Assembly (NCBI GenBank): GCA_049322655.1
Contig: JBMORP010000006.1
Location: 384,410 to 448,409 of the forward strand
DNA length: 64,000 nt
Direction: 5' to 3'
From: Patescibacteria group bacterium
GTDB lineage: Bacteria > Patescibacteriota > Microgenomatia > UBA1400 > PJMF01
Below are positions 1 to 9,416 of this stretch, in pieces. The number at the start of each line of letters is the position of its first letter. The first letter of the stretch is position 1. The notes below the pieces were generated by a model that was not told where the DNA came from, did not search any database, and saw only the letters and a program-made list of their open reading frames with translations. Position numbers and translations under genes: made by a program.

Positions 1-663
1 CCTGCTCACAGTCTCTTCTAGCCAACTCACTCAACAACAAATGAGAGCTTTTAAGCGCCATTTGAATAGCACTATATTTGCCATCAAAAACTGGAAACAC
101 ATTTTTGTAAAGATTAACTGCCAACACTACCTCAGCACCTAGTTCTCTGGCCAACGTAATTGGTACTGGCAGTCTAGTTGCCCCATCAATTAATTGTTTT
201 CCTTCTTTTCTCACTGGTTGAAAAACTAGTGGTACCGAGGCACTAGCTCTAATTGCGGTTGCCAAAGAACCATCCTTAATAAATATCAACTCACCAGATT
301 TAAAATCAACTGCTGTCGCTCCGTATTTAATCTTTAAATCTTCAATCTTTACTTCTCCGACCACTTCTTTAATAATTTTTTTAAAATTATCACCTTTAAA
401 TAGACCTTGATTAGGCTGAAAATCTCTAAATAATTTGATCAAATCAGTGGCTGTTAGTTTTTTAAAAAGCTCTTCCAATTTTTCTATATCTTGAGTGGCC
501 GCAAAAGCTCCACCCATTAATGAACCAGTGCTACTACCAGCAATTACTTCAAAGCTAAGTTTATACTTCAACAAAGCCTTGATTACTCCCAAGTGAGCTA
601 AACCACGCCAACCACCGCTACCCAAAGCCAAACCTAATTTTTTTGCTGATTTGTTTACCATAA
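1..663 (-). CDS. Patatin-like phospholipase (partial; C-terminus lies beyond the window start)
   Basis: Reverse complement from the ATG at 663 reads MVNKSAKKLGLALGSGGWRGLAHLGVIKAL (patatin Gly-rich oxyanion motif). Further in it reads VIAGSSTGSLMGG (GxSxG nucleophile). This ORF is not in the supplied track; I translated it by eye. Confidence 0.65.
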
Positions 664-760
664 TTTCCCTTCAATTTAGTTCATTATCTCAAGAATCTTT
701 GCAATTTTGTACATCAATGATATAGTGGAAACCTAGTTTAAAAAACAGTAAAGGAACAAT

Positions 761-1486
761 ATGAAGGGTGTTATTCTAGCAGGTGGTCTAGGGACTAGAC
801 TTTATCCTTTGACCCACGTTACTAATAAACATTTATTGCCCGTTTACAACAAACCAATGGTATTTTATCCCATCAAAACTCTGGTAGATGCTGGCGTTAA
901 AGAAATCCTGATCGTTACTAGTGGACCTCATGTTGGTCACTTCTTAAGTGTCTTGAAAAATGGAACTGAGCTAGGAGTAAAACATCTTGAGTATGCTTAT
1001 CAAGAAAAACCAAATGGTGGTATTGCCGATGCTCTAGCCCTGGCCGAAGACTTTGCTGATGGTGAAGATTTGGCAGTTATTTTGGGTGATAATACTACTG
1101 ATGCTGATATTAAAAAAGCTGTCAGTAACTTCACTGAGGGAGCGACTGTTTTTTTGAAAAAAGTACCTGATCCTAACCGCTTTGGTGTGCCTGTTTTTGA
1201 CCTCAAAGATCCAACCAAAGTTATCAGAATTGATGAAAAACCCAAAAATCCAGCTTCAGACTACGCTGTTACTGGAGTTTATCTTTATGATAAAAATATT
1301 TTTGACATTATTAGGCAATGTGATCCTAATTATGCGGGCAGAGGAGAACTAGAAATTACTCAAGTAAACAACATTTATATTGATAAAGGTCAACTTAAGT
1401 GGGAAGAACTCAAGGGTTTTTGGAGTGATGCTGGAACTTTTGACTCCCTCTTCACCTCCGCTCAATATTGGGCCAAGAAGAAATAA
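761..1486 (+). CDS. Sugar-phosphate nucleotidyltransferase, short RmlA-like glucose-1-phosphate thymidylyltransferase family
   Basis: N-terminal GVILAGGLGTRLYPLT followed by KHLLPV..KPM is the classic NTP-transferase signature. Length is 241 aa. Confidence 0.75.
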   Translation: MKGVILAGGLGTRLYPLTHVTNKHLLPVYNKPMVFYPIKTLVDAGVKEILIVTSGPHVGHFLSVLKNGTELGVKHLEYAYQEKPNGGIADALALAEDFADGEDLAVILGDNTTDADIKKAVSNFTEGATVFLKKVPDPNRFGVPVFDLKDPTKVIRIDEKPKNPASDYAVTGVYLYDKNIFDIIRQCDPNYAGRGELEITQVNNIYIDKGQLKWEELKGFWSDAGTFDSLFTSAQYWAKKK

Positions 1487-1515
1487 CGTCAGTTTGATTT
1501 GCTATAACCTGATTT

Positions 1516-2250
1516 GTGTTAAAACAAGTCAGGTTATTTTGTTGCTTAATTATTTTTTTAAAAATCTTTACTCAACCAAGCTTCGCTCAAATAACTATCT
1601 CTGAAGTTTATCCCAACCCCAAGAGTGAAGAGCTAGAGTGGGTTGAGTTGTTTAACCAAAGCAATCAAGATATAAACCTAGAAAATTGGCAACTCTGGGA
1701 TCAGCTCTCTAAACCTAGTCTTATCCACCAATTTACCACTGAAAAAATCATGGCTAGTAGTTACTTGATCATTGAACTTAAAAATGTCCTAAATAACTCT
1801 GGCGATAGCGTCATTATCTATAATGATCAACAACAAATCCAAGATTCTTTAACTTATGACAATTCAGCAAAAGGCCTGAGTTGGTCAAAAAATTTCCCTA
1901 ATCTAGAAATAACCATGACAGAACCTTCACCAAATAAACCAAACCTTTTTCCAACACCCACCTTATTACCCACTAACATTCCAACTCCTCAGCCGACTCT
2001 TAAAGCACCAGTTCCTACAATATCCATACCAACTACTTCTAGTTCAAATCTACCACCTATAAAAACCCACTCCTATCCGTCAACTCTTCTTCAACCAACC
2101 ATTGATTTACCCCAGCAGAAGTTTAGAGCTCTCCAAACTATTTTTTTTGAGCCTCCCCAACTCGAGCAAGGAGCAATTAGTGTTATAATAGGTGGTCTTT
2201 TGCTGCTCATTCCAGGCTTTATTTATGCAAAAAAACAAGAACTATTTTAG
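1516..2250 (+). CDS. Lamin-tail-domain (LTD) protein with signal peptide, Pro/Thr-rich linker and C-terminal TM anchor
   Basis: N-terminal hydrophobic leader. ITISEVYPNPKSEELEWVELFN matches the LTD core. The PTPTLLPTNIPTPQPT linker is low-complexity. The C-terminus is hydrophobic and ends in KK. The start codon is probably non-ATG. Confidence 0.5.
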   Translation: MLKQVRLFCCLIIFLKIFTQPSFAQITISEVYPNPKSEELEWVELFNQSNQDINLENWQLWDQLSKPSLIHQFTTEKIMASSYLIIELKNVLNNSGDSVIIYNDQQQIQDSLTYDNSAKGLSWSKNFPNLEITMTEPSPNKPNLFPTPTLLPTNIPTPQPTLKAPVPTISIPTTSSSNLPPIKTHSYPSTLLQPTIDLPQQKFRALQTIFFEPPQLEQGAISVIIGGLLLLIPGFIYAKKQELF

Positions 2251-2605
2251 AATTGCTGTTTCTTTTTTACCTGCCGTACTTTGGGCTGGAGTGATTTACT
2301 ATTTTTCAGCTCAACAAGTTTTACCAGGATTTACCCTAGATATTGGTGATTTTTTATTCAAAAAGTCAGCTCATGTTTTTGTTTACGCTGTTCTATATTT
2401 TCTTTTGCTGCTACCTTTTCAATACTATTCACTAGGAACCGGAAAAAAAAGATGGTTAATTCCACTCTTGATTGCTATTAGTTATGCTTTTCTTGATGAA
2501 CTCCACCAATCTTTTACTCCTGGTAGGCAACCATCTTTTAGGGATGTGGGCTTTGATACTCTCGGCTGTACTTTGGTGCTTTTTAAAAAGCTTGGATATA
2601 TCTAA
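2225..2605 (+). CDS. VanZ-like family membrane protein
   Basis: Multi-TM protein with FLDELHQSFTPGRQPSFRDVGFDTLG, which resembles the VanZ DEhHQ motif. I moved the start to the internal ATG at 2225. The track start at 2192 would overlap the upstream gene by 59 nt. Confidence 0.5.
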   Translation: MQKNKNYFRIAVSFLPAVLWAGVIYYFSAQQVLPGFTLDIGDFLFKKSAHVFVYAVLYFLLLLPFQYYSLGTGKKRWLIPLLIAISYAFLDELHQSFTPGRQPSFRDVGFDTLGCTLVLFKKLGYI

Positions 2606-2625
2606 CTTAAGAAACTAATTCACCC

Positions 2626-2653
2626 TTGACTCTAAGTTTTGGCGGGTTAAACT
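2626..2653 (+). promoter_or_regulatory. Putative sigma70-type promoter for hup (-35 TTGACT, 16-nt spacer, -10 TAAACT)
   Basis: TTGACT at 2626..2631 and TAAACT at 2648..2653. This is about 60 nt upstream of hup, and an AAAGAAAGG ribosome-binding site precedes the ATG at 2716. Confidence 0.35.
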
Positions 2654-2715
2654 GAGAATCACAAGCAGTATTTTTATATACAAAGGTATTAAAAGAGAAA
2701 CAAAGAAAGGTTTTA

Positions 2716-2991
2716 ATGACAAAATCTCAATTGATTGCCATCGTAGCCAAAAAAGCTCATTTGACTAAAAAAGCTTCTGAAGAAGCAGTTGAAACTGTTT
2801 TTTCAGAAATTGCTAGAACCCTCAAGAAAGGTGATAAAATTGTCCTTTCTGGTTTTGGGACTTTTTATGTTAGTAAGGTCAATGACAAACATGTTGAACC
2901 ATTTGGTAAAAAAGATAAAAGAATGGTGGTCAAAGGCCATAGAGTCGTTAATTTCCGTGTTGGCAAACCGCTCAAAAGAGAAGTTTGGTAA
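2716..2991 (+). CDS. hup: DNA-binding protein HU
   Basis: 91 aa. LSGFGTFYVSKVNDKHVEPFGKK..V.F..GK is the HU/IHF arm and fold. Confidence 0.85.
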   Translation: MTKSQLIAIVAKKAHLTKKASEEAVETVFSEIARTLKKGDKIVLSGFGTFYVSKVNDKHVEPFGKKDKRMVVKGHRVVNFRVGKPLKREVW

Positions 2992-3011
2992 ACTTAAATT
3001 AAAATTGGAAA

Positions 3012-3040
3012 AAGGGTCTTAAAACAGGCCCTTTTTTATT
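3012..3040 (+). terminator. Rho-independent terminator after hup
   Basis: AAGGGTC / GGCCCTT stem with one G-U pair and an 8-nt loop, followed by TTTTTTATT. Confidence 0.5.
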
Positions 3041-3046
3041 ACCAAC

Positions 3047-3083
3047 AAAAAAACCCCAGGCAAATTGTCTGGGGTTTATTATT
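3047..3083. terminator. Bidirectional intrinsic terminator between hup (+) and rpsI (-)
   Basis: AAAAAAA, then CCCCAG, a 9-nt loop, CTGGGG, then TTTATTATT. A-run and T-run flank a perfect 6-bp GC stem. Confidence 0.55.
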
Positions 3084-3100
3084 GTGATTGCTAAAACGTT

Positions 3101-3613
3101 TTAACGCTTTGGAGATTGGCGCTTTCTTCTAGCCTTACCACCCATACCAATCTTACGAGTTTCTTTCATTCTATCGTCTCTAGTAACTAAACCAGCAGAT
3201 TTTAAGAAAATCTTAAATTCTGGATTATATTCAACCAAAGCTCGAGAAATACCATGAATCATAGCTTCTAATTGAGCATTAATCCCAGAACCCTTAACTG
3301 TTACTGAAACTGAAAATTTACCCTTGGTCCCAGTCAAATCAAATGGTTTATTGTACAAAACTGGAGCATTTTTGATGTTAGCAAAATATTCACCAACCAA
3401 AGTGTTGTTAACCACAAAATCACCTTTACCTTCATAAATTCTGACTCTGGCTGTAGCCACTTTTCTGCGACCAATAGCTTCAATAAAATTAACTTTTGGT
3501 AAAGTAAATTCTTTTCTTAAGTTTTTGGCTACACTGACTTTTTTATCAGTAGTTTGTTTCTTAACTACTTTTTTGACAGCAGCCTTAACTTTCTTTCTCA
3601 TTTTGATTGCCAT
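3101..3613 (-). CDS. rpsI: 30S ribosomal protein S9
   Basis: The C-terminus GGKARRKRQSPKR is typical of S9. I trimmed the start to the ATG (MAIKMRKK) preceded by GGGAGG and lying 1 nt after the rplM stop. The track ORF starts at an alternative codon 48 nt upstream. Confidence 0.9.
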   Translation of the reverse strand: MAIKMRKKVKAAVKKVVKKQTTDKKVSVAKNLRKEFTLPKVNFIEAIGRRKVATARVRIYEGKGDFVVNNTLVGEYFANIKNAPVLYNKPFDLTGTKGKFSVSVTVKGSGINAQLEAMIHGISRALVEYNPEFKIFLKSAGLVTRDDRMKETRKIGMGGKARRKRQSPKR

Positions 3614-3614
3614 A

Positions 3615-4043
3615 TTATTTGCCTCCCAATTGACTCTCATGCTTGTGCTCTGCAGCAGCATAAATCTTAAGTCTAGCTAAACGCTCACCTTGAAGTCTAT
3701 TTTTTGGTAACATGTTCTTCACAGCCAAAAAAATCACTTCCTCTGGATTCTTTTGAATCATTTCTTCAAAAGTTCTTTGTTTTAAACCGCCTGGAAACCC
3801 AGAATGACGATAATAAATTTTCTTTTGTTCTTTACCACCAGTGACAGCAACTTCTTTGGCATTAATTACCACTACATAGTCTCCTCCATCAACATGAGGA
3901 GTATAGGTCGGTTTGTTTTTACCAATAAGTTTTTCAGCAATCTCGGTAGCAACTCTTCCAAGAACTTTACCTTTGACATCTACCAAATGCCATTCTCTGG
4001 TAACGTCCTCTTTGCGTTGCATAAATGTCTGTTGATTTTTCAT
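3615..4043 (-). CDS. rplM: 50S ribosomal protein L13
   Basis: 142 aa, homologous to L13. It sits immediately upstream of rpsI, which is the conserved rplM-rpsI pair. Confidence 0.9.
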   Translation of the reverse strand: MKNQQTFMQRKEDVTREWHLVDVKGKVLGRVATEIAEKLIGKNKPTYTPHVDGGDYVVVINAKEVAVTGGKEQKKIYYRHSGFPGGLKQRTFEEMIQKNPEEVIFLAVKNMLPKNRLQGERLARLKIYAAAEHKHESQLGGK

Positions 4044-4044
4044 A

Positions 4045-4512
4045 TTATTTTTCTGCCTTTTTCACTGATTTTTTGATCTTGGCTGCAACTTTTTTAGTTG
4101 GTTGTTTTTGTTCAACTTTTTTTGGTTCAGGAGATTTCAAGCCTAACTTGTGAACTGATTTCTCTACTAAACTAAGTTTAACTAATTTAGAGTTATCACC
4201 ACGTCTATTACCTAGTTTTTCAATAGTGCTAAAACCTGATTTCCTGTTTTTTAAGGCTGGAGCGACTCGATCAACTAAAGTATTAACCACATCTCTCTTA
4301 CCAAAAAAAGTATGAAGCTGTCTTCTAGTAGCTAAAGAATCAGTTTGAGCTTTACCAATTAATTTATCAGCCCAACGCTTAACTTCTTTTGCTTTGGCTT
4401 CAGTTGTTTCTACTTGGCCATGCTCAACGAGTGATCTCACGAGATTTCTCAAGAGAGCCTTGCGAGACTTGGTATCTCTACCCAATTGTTTTGTTTTTTG
4501 TCTATGTCTCAT
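4045..4512 (-). CDS. rplQ: 50S ribosomal protein L17 with Lys-rich C-terminal extension
   Basis: N-terminal MRHRQKTKQLGRDTKSRKALLRNL is the L17 signature. It follows rpoA. Confidence 0.9.
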   Translation of the reverse strand: MRHRQKTKQLGRDTKSRKALLRNLVRSLVEHGQVETTEAKAKEVKRWADKLIGKAQTDSLATRRQLHTFFGKRDVVNTLVDRVAPALKNRKSGFSTIEKLGNRRGDNSKLVKLSLVEKSVHKLGLKSPEPKKVEQKQPTKKVAAKIKKSVKKAEK

Positions 4513-4535
4513 GATTTACTACCTTTTTATCTAGT

Positions 4536-5480
4536 TTAGTCTTCTAAGTTGACACCTTTTTTCAAAAGAGCGTCATTAATTAGATCAATACTCTTACCAC
4601 CTAAGTTTTTAACCTTAGAAACTTCAGATTTAGAAGCACCAGCTAAATCACCAACTGTTTTAAATCCACCCTTACGAAGAGCGTTAGCAATTCGGGTTGG
4701 TAAATCTAATTCTTCAACAGTTAAACGCAAAGTCTCTGCTTCTTCTGGAGATAATTGTGGTTCTTCATCCTCAACTTCAATCACCACTGGATCAAAAACT
4801 TGAGCAAATTGTTTGGCTAAAATTCTAGCTGATTGATTGACTGCATCCAAAGGAGAAATAGTCCCATCAGTTTCTACATCCATTACCACTCTATCAAAGT
4901 CAGTACGACGACCGACACGAGTAGCTTCAACTTTGTATGAAACTTTAACCACTGGTGAAAATAAAGCATCAACTGGAATTTGACCAATGACACCATTTTC
5001 TACCTCAGTAGCCATACGATAACCAGTTCCAGGTTCAACAGTCATTTCAATGTCAAGTTTTTTACCTTTGGCCAAAGTGGCGATTGGTTGATCAATATTG
5101 ACTACTTCAAAACCAGCCTCAGCTTCAATATCAGCAGCAGTGACTTCTTTAGGGCCTTTAACATTAATTCTCATGACGCCTGGCTCATCAGTTGTAGCTT
5201 TTACTCTGATTAGTTTAAGATTCAAAATCAACTCAATTACGTCTTCACTCAAACCTTCCAAAGTGGCAAATTGATGGTCAATGCCATCAATCATCACCGA
5301 AGTGATAGCAGCACCTGGCAAAGAAGTCAAAAGAACTCTGCGCAAAGCATTGCCCAAAGTGTGACCATAGCCTTGCTCTAGTGGTTCGATTACCAAACGA
5401 GCTTTGGTATCAGTGGCCTCAACTTCACTCACGGTGAAAGTTGGGTTCATGTATGAGTATTTGTTTAAATTTAATTTCAT
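4536..5480 (-). CDS. rpoA: DNA-directed RNA polymerase alpha subunit
   Basis: EPLEQGYGHTLGNALRRVLL matches the alpha NTD, and a C-terminal alpha-CTD is present (VEELDLPTRIANALRKGG). I chose the ATG (MKLNLNKY) preceded by AAAGGAAAA. The track start at 5534 is less likely. Confidence 0.85.
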   Translation of the reverse strand: MKLNLNKYSYMNPTFTVSEVEATDTKARLVIEPLEQGYGHTLGNALRRVLLTSLPGAAITSVMIDGIDHQFATLEGLSEDVIELILNLKLIRVKATTDEPGVMRINVKGPKEVTAADIEAEAGFEVVNIDQPIATLAKGKKLDIEMTVEPGTGYRMATEVENGVIGQIPVDALFSPVVKVSYKVEATRVGRRTDFDRVVMDVETDGTISPLDAVNQSARILAKQFAQVFDPVVIEVEDEEPQLSPEEAETLRLTVEELDLPTRIANALRKGGFKTVGDLAGASKSEVSKVKNLGGKSIDLINDALLKKGVNLED

Positions 5481-5578
5481 AGATTTTCCTTTTTGTTTCT
5501 CCTCCCTCTCATTTTGAGAGGAATCTGTGTTCAAGAATGTTCTATATTCTTACTACTTATTACTTTATTACTACTTAA

Positions 5579-6184
5579 CTAACGGCTATAGAACTCAACA
5601 ATTAATTGCTCTTCAATAGCTTCGGTAATATCATCTCTTTCTGGCAAACGTTGGACCTTGGCAACCGTAGCCTTACTTTCCAGCCAAGCTGGAATTGAGC
5701 GATTTTCTTCTTTTAACAGTTCTGCAATCATTGGTACTTTAACTGATTTATCATTGAGCTTGATCACATCACCCACTTTAACTGAGTAAGAAGGAATATC
5801 CATCTTTTTATTATTAACAGTTAAGTGACCGTGATTAACTAGCTGACGAGCTGCAGGTCTGGTGGGAGCCCAACCCAAACGATACATCACATTGTCTAGT
5901 CTTCTCTCAAGTAAACTCAATAAAACTGAACCTGTAGCTAATGGATTTTTACTAGCTTGGCTATACAAACGATGAAGTTGTTTCTCTAACACTCCATACA
6001 TGTATTTTACTTTTTGTTTTTCACGAAGTTGAATACCATAGTCAGAGAGTTTTCTTCTCTTAGCACCATGAACACCTGGTCTAGAATGAAGTCTTCTGGC
6101 TACTTTAAGCGCATTAGATTTCAAACCCAAGTCTTCACCAACTTGTCTTTGTAGTTTTTGTTTTGGTCCTGTGTATCTTGCCAT
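5579..6184 (-). CDS. rpsD: 30S ribosomal protein S4
   Basis: MARYTGPKQKLQRQVGEDLGLKS is the S4 N-terminus. 201 aa. Confidence 0.92.
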   Translation of the reverse strand: MARYTGPKQKLQRQVGEDLGLKSNALKVARRLHSRPGVHGAKRRKLSDYGIQLREKQKVKYMYGVLEKQLHRLYSQASKNPLATGSVLLSLLERRLDNVMYRLGWAPTRPAARQLVNHGHLTVNNKKMDIPSYSVKVGDVIKLNDKSVKVPMIAELLKEENRSIPAWLESKATVAKVQRLPERDDITEAIEEQLIVEFYSR

Positions 6185-6197
6185 ATACTAATATCCT

Positions 6198-6593
6198 CTA
6201 TCTATTGTGCTTTGCTTTTCTTGGTCTTGTACCGTTGTGAGGGATAGGAGTGGTGTCAGCAATCATGCTCACTTTAATTCCTTGTGCTCTCAACACGCGT
6301 AGAGCCACATCTCTACCTGGTCCTGGACCCTTAAGATAAACATCCATTTCATTCATCCCAAAGGTTTTAGCTCTATTGACAGCATTTTCAACTGTAATAG
6401 TTGCTGCATAAGGGGTAGATTTTCTAGAACCAGTAAAACCAGCTCCACCGGTGGTAGCCCAACAAAGAACTGAGCCTTTCTCATCGGTGACACTTACTAA
6501 AGTGTTATTAAAAGTAGCACTAACATACATTCTGCCTTTTGGTACTACTCTAGTATTTTTTTTCTTTGGTGCACTATTTATTGCTTTAGCCAT
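6198..6593 (-). CDS. rpsK: 30S ribosomal protein S11
   Basis: Homologous to S11 (ASFNNT..V..TD, GSRKSTP). I trimmed the start to the ATG (MAKAINS) preceded by GGAGA. Confidence 0.9.
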   Translation of the reverse strand: MAKAINSAPKKKNTRVVPKGRMYVSATFNNTLVSVTDEKGSVLCWATTGGAGFTGSRKSTPYAATITVENAVNRAKTFGMNEMDVYLKGPGPGRDVALRVLRAQGIKVSMIADTTPIPHNGTRPRKAKHNR

Positions 6594-6615
6594 AATTTTC
6601 TCCAACAATTATCCT

Positions 6616-7017
6616 TTATTTAGCGGCAGCTTCCTTAGCAGCTGCAGCTTCTTTAGAAATAGAACCAACAGTTTTTCTCCCGCCACCACGAACGGTACGA
6701 GAGTTAACTTTAGTTCTTTGCCCACGAACTGGTAAACCCATAATATGACGTAAGCCTCTATAAGCTTTGATTCTCTTAAGACGTTGAATGTTATCGCTAA
6801 CAATTCTTCTTAGGTCACCTTCTAATGGATATTTTTCTAAAATACGTTGAATTTTGTTGATTTCATCTGGAGTTAAATCTCTAGCTCTTTTATCTGGATC
6901 AATCTTAGCTTGAGCAACAACTTCTTGAGCTTTTTGCAAACCAACTCCATAAACAGAGCGGAGGGAGTAAACTACTTTTTTGTGTTCTGGAATATCTGTT
7001 CCGGCGATACGTGGCAT
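6616..7017 (-). CDS. rpsM: 30S ribosomal protein S13
   Basis: MPRIAGTDIPEHKKVVYSLRSVYGVG is the S13 N-terminus. Confidence 0.92.
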   Translation of the reverse strand: MPRIAGTDIPEHKKVVYSLRSVYGVGLQKAQEVVAQAKIDPDKRARDLTPDEINKIQRILEKYPLEGDLRRIVSDNIQRLKRIKAYRGLRHIMGLPVRGQRTKVNSRTVRGGGRKTVGSISKEAAAAKEAAAK

Positions 7018-7020
7018 ATT

Positions 7021-7134
7021 TTATCCTTGACTTTGTTTGTGTTTTTTATTAACGCAAATAACACGCAACTTCCCTTTGCGTCTTACAAATTTACACTGGT
7101 TACACATCTTCTTTAGCGAAGCTCTGACTTTCAT
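7021..7134 (-). CDS. rpmJ: 50S ribosomal protein L36
   Basis: Not in the ORF track because it is only 37 aa. The reverse complement reads [37 protein letters not shown], which is the canonical L36 zinc ribbon. Confidence 0.9.
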   Translation of the reverse strand: MKVRASLKKMCNQCKFVRRKGKLRVICVNKKHKQSQG

Positions 7135-7161
7135 AGTTCAAGTCCTGGGTTTTCTGTATTT

Positions 7162-7491
7162 CTACATACTTTGTACCGGTTTTTTATTAACCCGATACGT
7201 AACTTTACACTTTGTTAAATCATACTTGGAAACATAGCCTTTAACTACATCTCCAGGCATTACTCTAATGCGATAAAGTCGCATTTTGCCGGCTAAAGTT
7301 CCCAAAAGAACCTTGTCGACCATCTTCTCAACAGCACATTCTGTCACCTTAATACGAAACATCGTATTAGGTAAACACTCCTCAACTTCACCAACGACTT
7401 CCAAACGATCAGCTCTCTCTGCTTTTTCAGCGGTTGTATCGAGTTGTCTTCTGCCCTTAGCTGCTCGTTTATGATCTTGTACTTTTCCCAT
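7162..7491 (-). CDS. infA: Translation initiation factor IF-1 with N-terminal extension
   Basis: LPNTMFRIKV...GKMRLYRIRVMPGDVV..YDLTKCKV matches the IF-1 S1-like fold. 109 aa against the usual 72. Confidence 0.8.
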   Translation of the reverse strand: MGKVQDHKRAAKGRRQLDTTAEKAERADRLEVVGEVEECLPNTMFRIKVTECAVEKMVDKVLLGTLAGKMRLYRIRVMPGDVVKGYVSKYDLTKCKVTYRVNKKPVQSM

Positions 7492-7513
7492 AGGTTATCA
7501 ACAATGAGGCATG

Positions 7514-7542
7514 ATTATACCAGAAGCAAATAAACTTGTCAC
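7514..7542 (-). promoter_or_regulatory. Putative internal promoter for infA (-35 GTGACA, 17-nt spacer, -10 TATAAT)
   Basis: Minus-strand reading is GTGACAagtttatttgcttctggTATAAT, about 20 nt upstream of the infA start, in the adk-infA gap. Confidence 0.45.
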
Positions 7543-7544
7543 CT

Positions 7545-8090
7545 CTAGTTATTTTTTCCTTCAATTACTTTAATTATATCTGCAAAAACCTCTTCAACTG
7601 TCTGCTCACCATCGATTTTATGTAATTTACCAACTCGATCATAATAACTCAAAACTTCAGAAGTAACTTCATGAAAAAGTTCAATTCTCTTACGAATCGC
7701 TTGCAAAGTTTCATCTTCACGATCAGAGATTCTGCCAGAAATTCTCCATAAAGCCTCTTTATCTGAAACATCAATTAAAACGACAGTATCAACCCCTTCA
7801 CCCAAAACTTCTGCTTGGGCTTCAGTTCTTGGGAAACCATCAAGAATATAGCCTTTTGCATATTCTGGTCTCTTGAGATATTCCATGACGATTTCAACTG
7901 CTGTTTCATCAGGCACCAAAGCACCAGAATTCAAAGTTTCTTTCAACCAACGACCCAATCTAGTTTTACTCTTGGCCATTTGACGAAAAATATGTCCAGA
8001 AGAAAGATAAGGAATGCCAAATTTTTCTGACAGTAAATTTCCTTGGGTTGATTTACCAGCACCTTGAATACCAATTAAGACAATTTTCAC
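7545..8090 (-). CDS. adk: Adenylate kinase, short form
   Basis: MKIVLIGIQGAGKSTQG is a P-loop. 181 aa. It follows secY as in spc operons. Confidence 0.9.
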   Translation of the reverse strand: MKIVLIGIQGAGKSTQGNLLSEKFGIPYLSSGHIFRQMAKSKTRLGRWLKETLNSGALVPDETAVEIVMEYLKRPEYAKGYILDGFPRTEAQAEVLGEGVDTVVLIDVSDKEALWRISGRISDREDETLQAIRKRIELFHEVTSEVLSYYDRVGKLHKIDGEQTVEEVFADIIKVIEGKNN

Positions 8091-8119
8091 GATTATTGAT
8101 CCCCTTTTTTAATTTATAT

Positions 8120-9409
8120 TTACTGGTATTTGTCATAATTTTGGCCAACCAACATACTTTCTGCTTGTTTGGCTGTTTCCAAAATTACCGACACTACAAT
8201 TAATACACTTGTTCCTCCAATAGCCAGGGATTGAACCCCAGTAAAGATTTGCGCTAATGAAGGCAAGATAGCTAGCGCTCCTAAAAAGATAGCGCCAACC
8301 AAAGTAATTCTTACTACGACATATTCCAAGAATTTTTTAGTTGGGCTACCTGGCCTAATTCCTGGAATAAAAGCTCCACTTTTTTTCAATTCATCAGCAA
8401 TATCTTGGGCATTAAAAAAGATTAAAGCCGAAAAGAAAGTAAAGCTGAAAACCAATAAAAAGTAGGAAATTAAATAAATAGATGAGGTTTGTTGGAACCA
8501 AATAGTTAGTTTTTGTCCCCAATAAACTAACTTTGGATCATCCATAGCAGTCAACACTCTACCCAAAAAAGAAGGCGCCAACATTAAAGAGACTGCAAAA
8601 ATAATCGGCATTACACCAGCCACATTAACCTTAATTGGTAAGTGAGTAGTTTGACCACCATAAGTTTTACCACCCCTGGTTCTTTTGGCGTATTGAATAC
8701 TAATCTTTCTGACAGCTTCATTAATATAAACAATCAAAGCAATTAAACCCAAAAATACTCCAGCAAAAGAAACCAAAGTCAAAACTTGTTGAGAGGTAAC
8801 CACTACCAAAGTTTGACTTAAAGCTACCGGAACTTGGCTGACAATTCCAGCAAACAACACCATCGAGATCCCATTACCAATTCCATATTCAGTCACTAGT
8901 TCTCCCAGCCACAACATAATCATCGCACCTGCAACCATCGTAGTTACCATTGCAATCATCGTTAAAGGGCTGGTGACTAATAGCAAGTTTTGGGAACGAA
9001 GTAAAGCAATAATCGAGATACTTTGAGCAATCGCAAAAGGCACACTGAGTAATCGAGTGTATTGGTTGAGCTTAGCTCTTCCTGCCTCACCTTCTTCTTT
9101 CTGCATTGCTTTCAGTTTGGGAAAAACCATCCCCGCTAGTTGCATAATAATCGAGGCAGTAATATATGGGTTAATACCGACTGCCACAATTGAAAAATTT
9201 GATAAAGTACCACCAGCAAAAATATTAAGTAAACTCAAAAATTGATTACCAACAAATAACTGTTGAAGCTGAAACACATCAACTCCAGGAACTGGAATAT
9301 GAGCAAAAAGTCTAAAAATTAGAAAAATAGTTGCAGTAAACAACAGCTTCTTTTTGAGCTCCTCATTAGCGAAAATAGCTCTCAGTTTTTGTAGTACTGT
9401 CTCTATCAC
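8120..9409 (-). CDS. secY: Preprotein translocase subunit SecY
   Basis: 429 aa, 10-TM protein in the canonical position after rplO. Confidence 0.92.
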   Translation of the reverse strand: MIETVLQKLRAIFANEELKKKLLFTATIFLIFRLFAHIPVPGVDVFQLQQLFVGNQFLSLLNIFAGGTLSNFSIVAVGINPYITASIIMQLAGMVFPKLKAMQKEEGEAGRAKLNQYTRLLSVPFAIAQSISIIALLRSQNLLLVTSPLTMIAMVTTMVAGAMIMLWLGELVTEYGIGNGISMVLFAGIVSQVPVALSQTLVVVTSQQVLTLVSFAGVFLGLIALIVYINEAVRKISIQYAKRTRGGKTYGGQTTHLPIKVNVAGVMPIIFAVSLMLAPSFLGRVLTAMDDPKLVYWGQKLTIWFQQTSSIYLISYFLLVFSFTFFSALIFFNAQDIADELKKSGAFIPGIRPGSPTKKFLEYVVVRITLVGAIFLGALAILPSLAQIFTGVQSLAIGGTSVLIVVSVILETAKQAESMLVGQNYDKYQ

Positions 9410-9416
9410 AGGTTTT

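Noticed and set aside
1380-1604. 74-aa ORF overlapping the 3-prime end of the nucleotidyltransferase gene
   Set aside because: It is out of frame with a conserved gene and has a low-complexity translation.
2190-2250. PGF motif in the C-terminal TM of the LTD protein, suggesting an archaeosortase PGF-CTERM signal
   Set aside because: The PGF sits at the end, rather than the start, of the hydrophobic segment. No exosortase or archaeosortase is in the window. It is likely coincidental.
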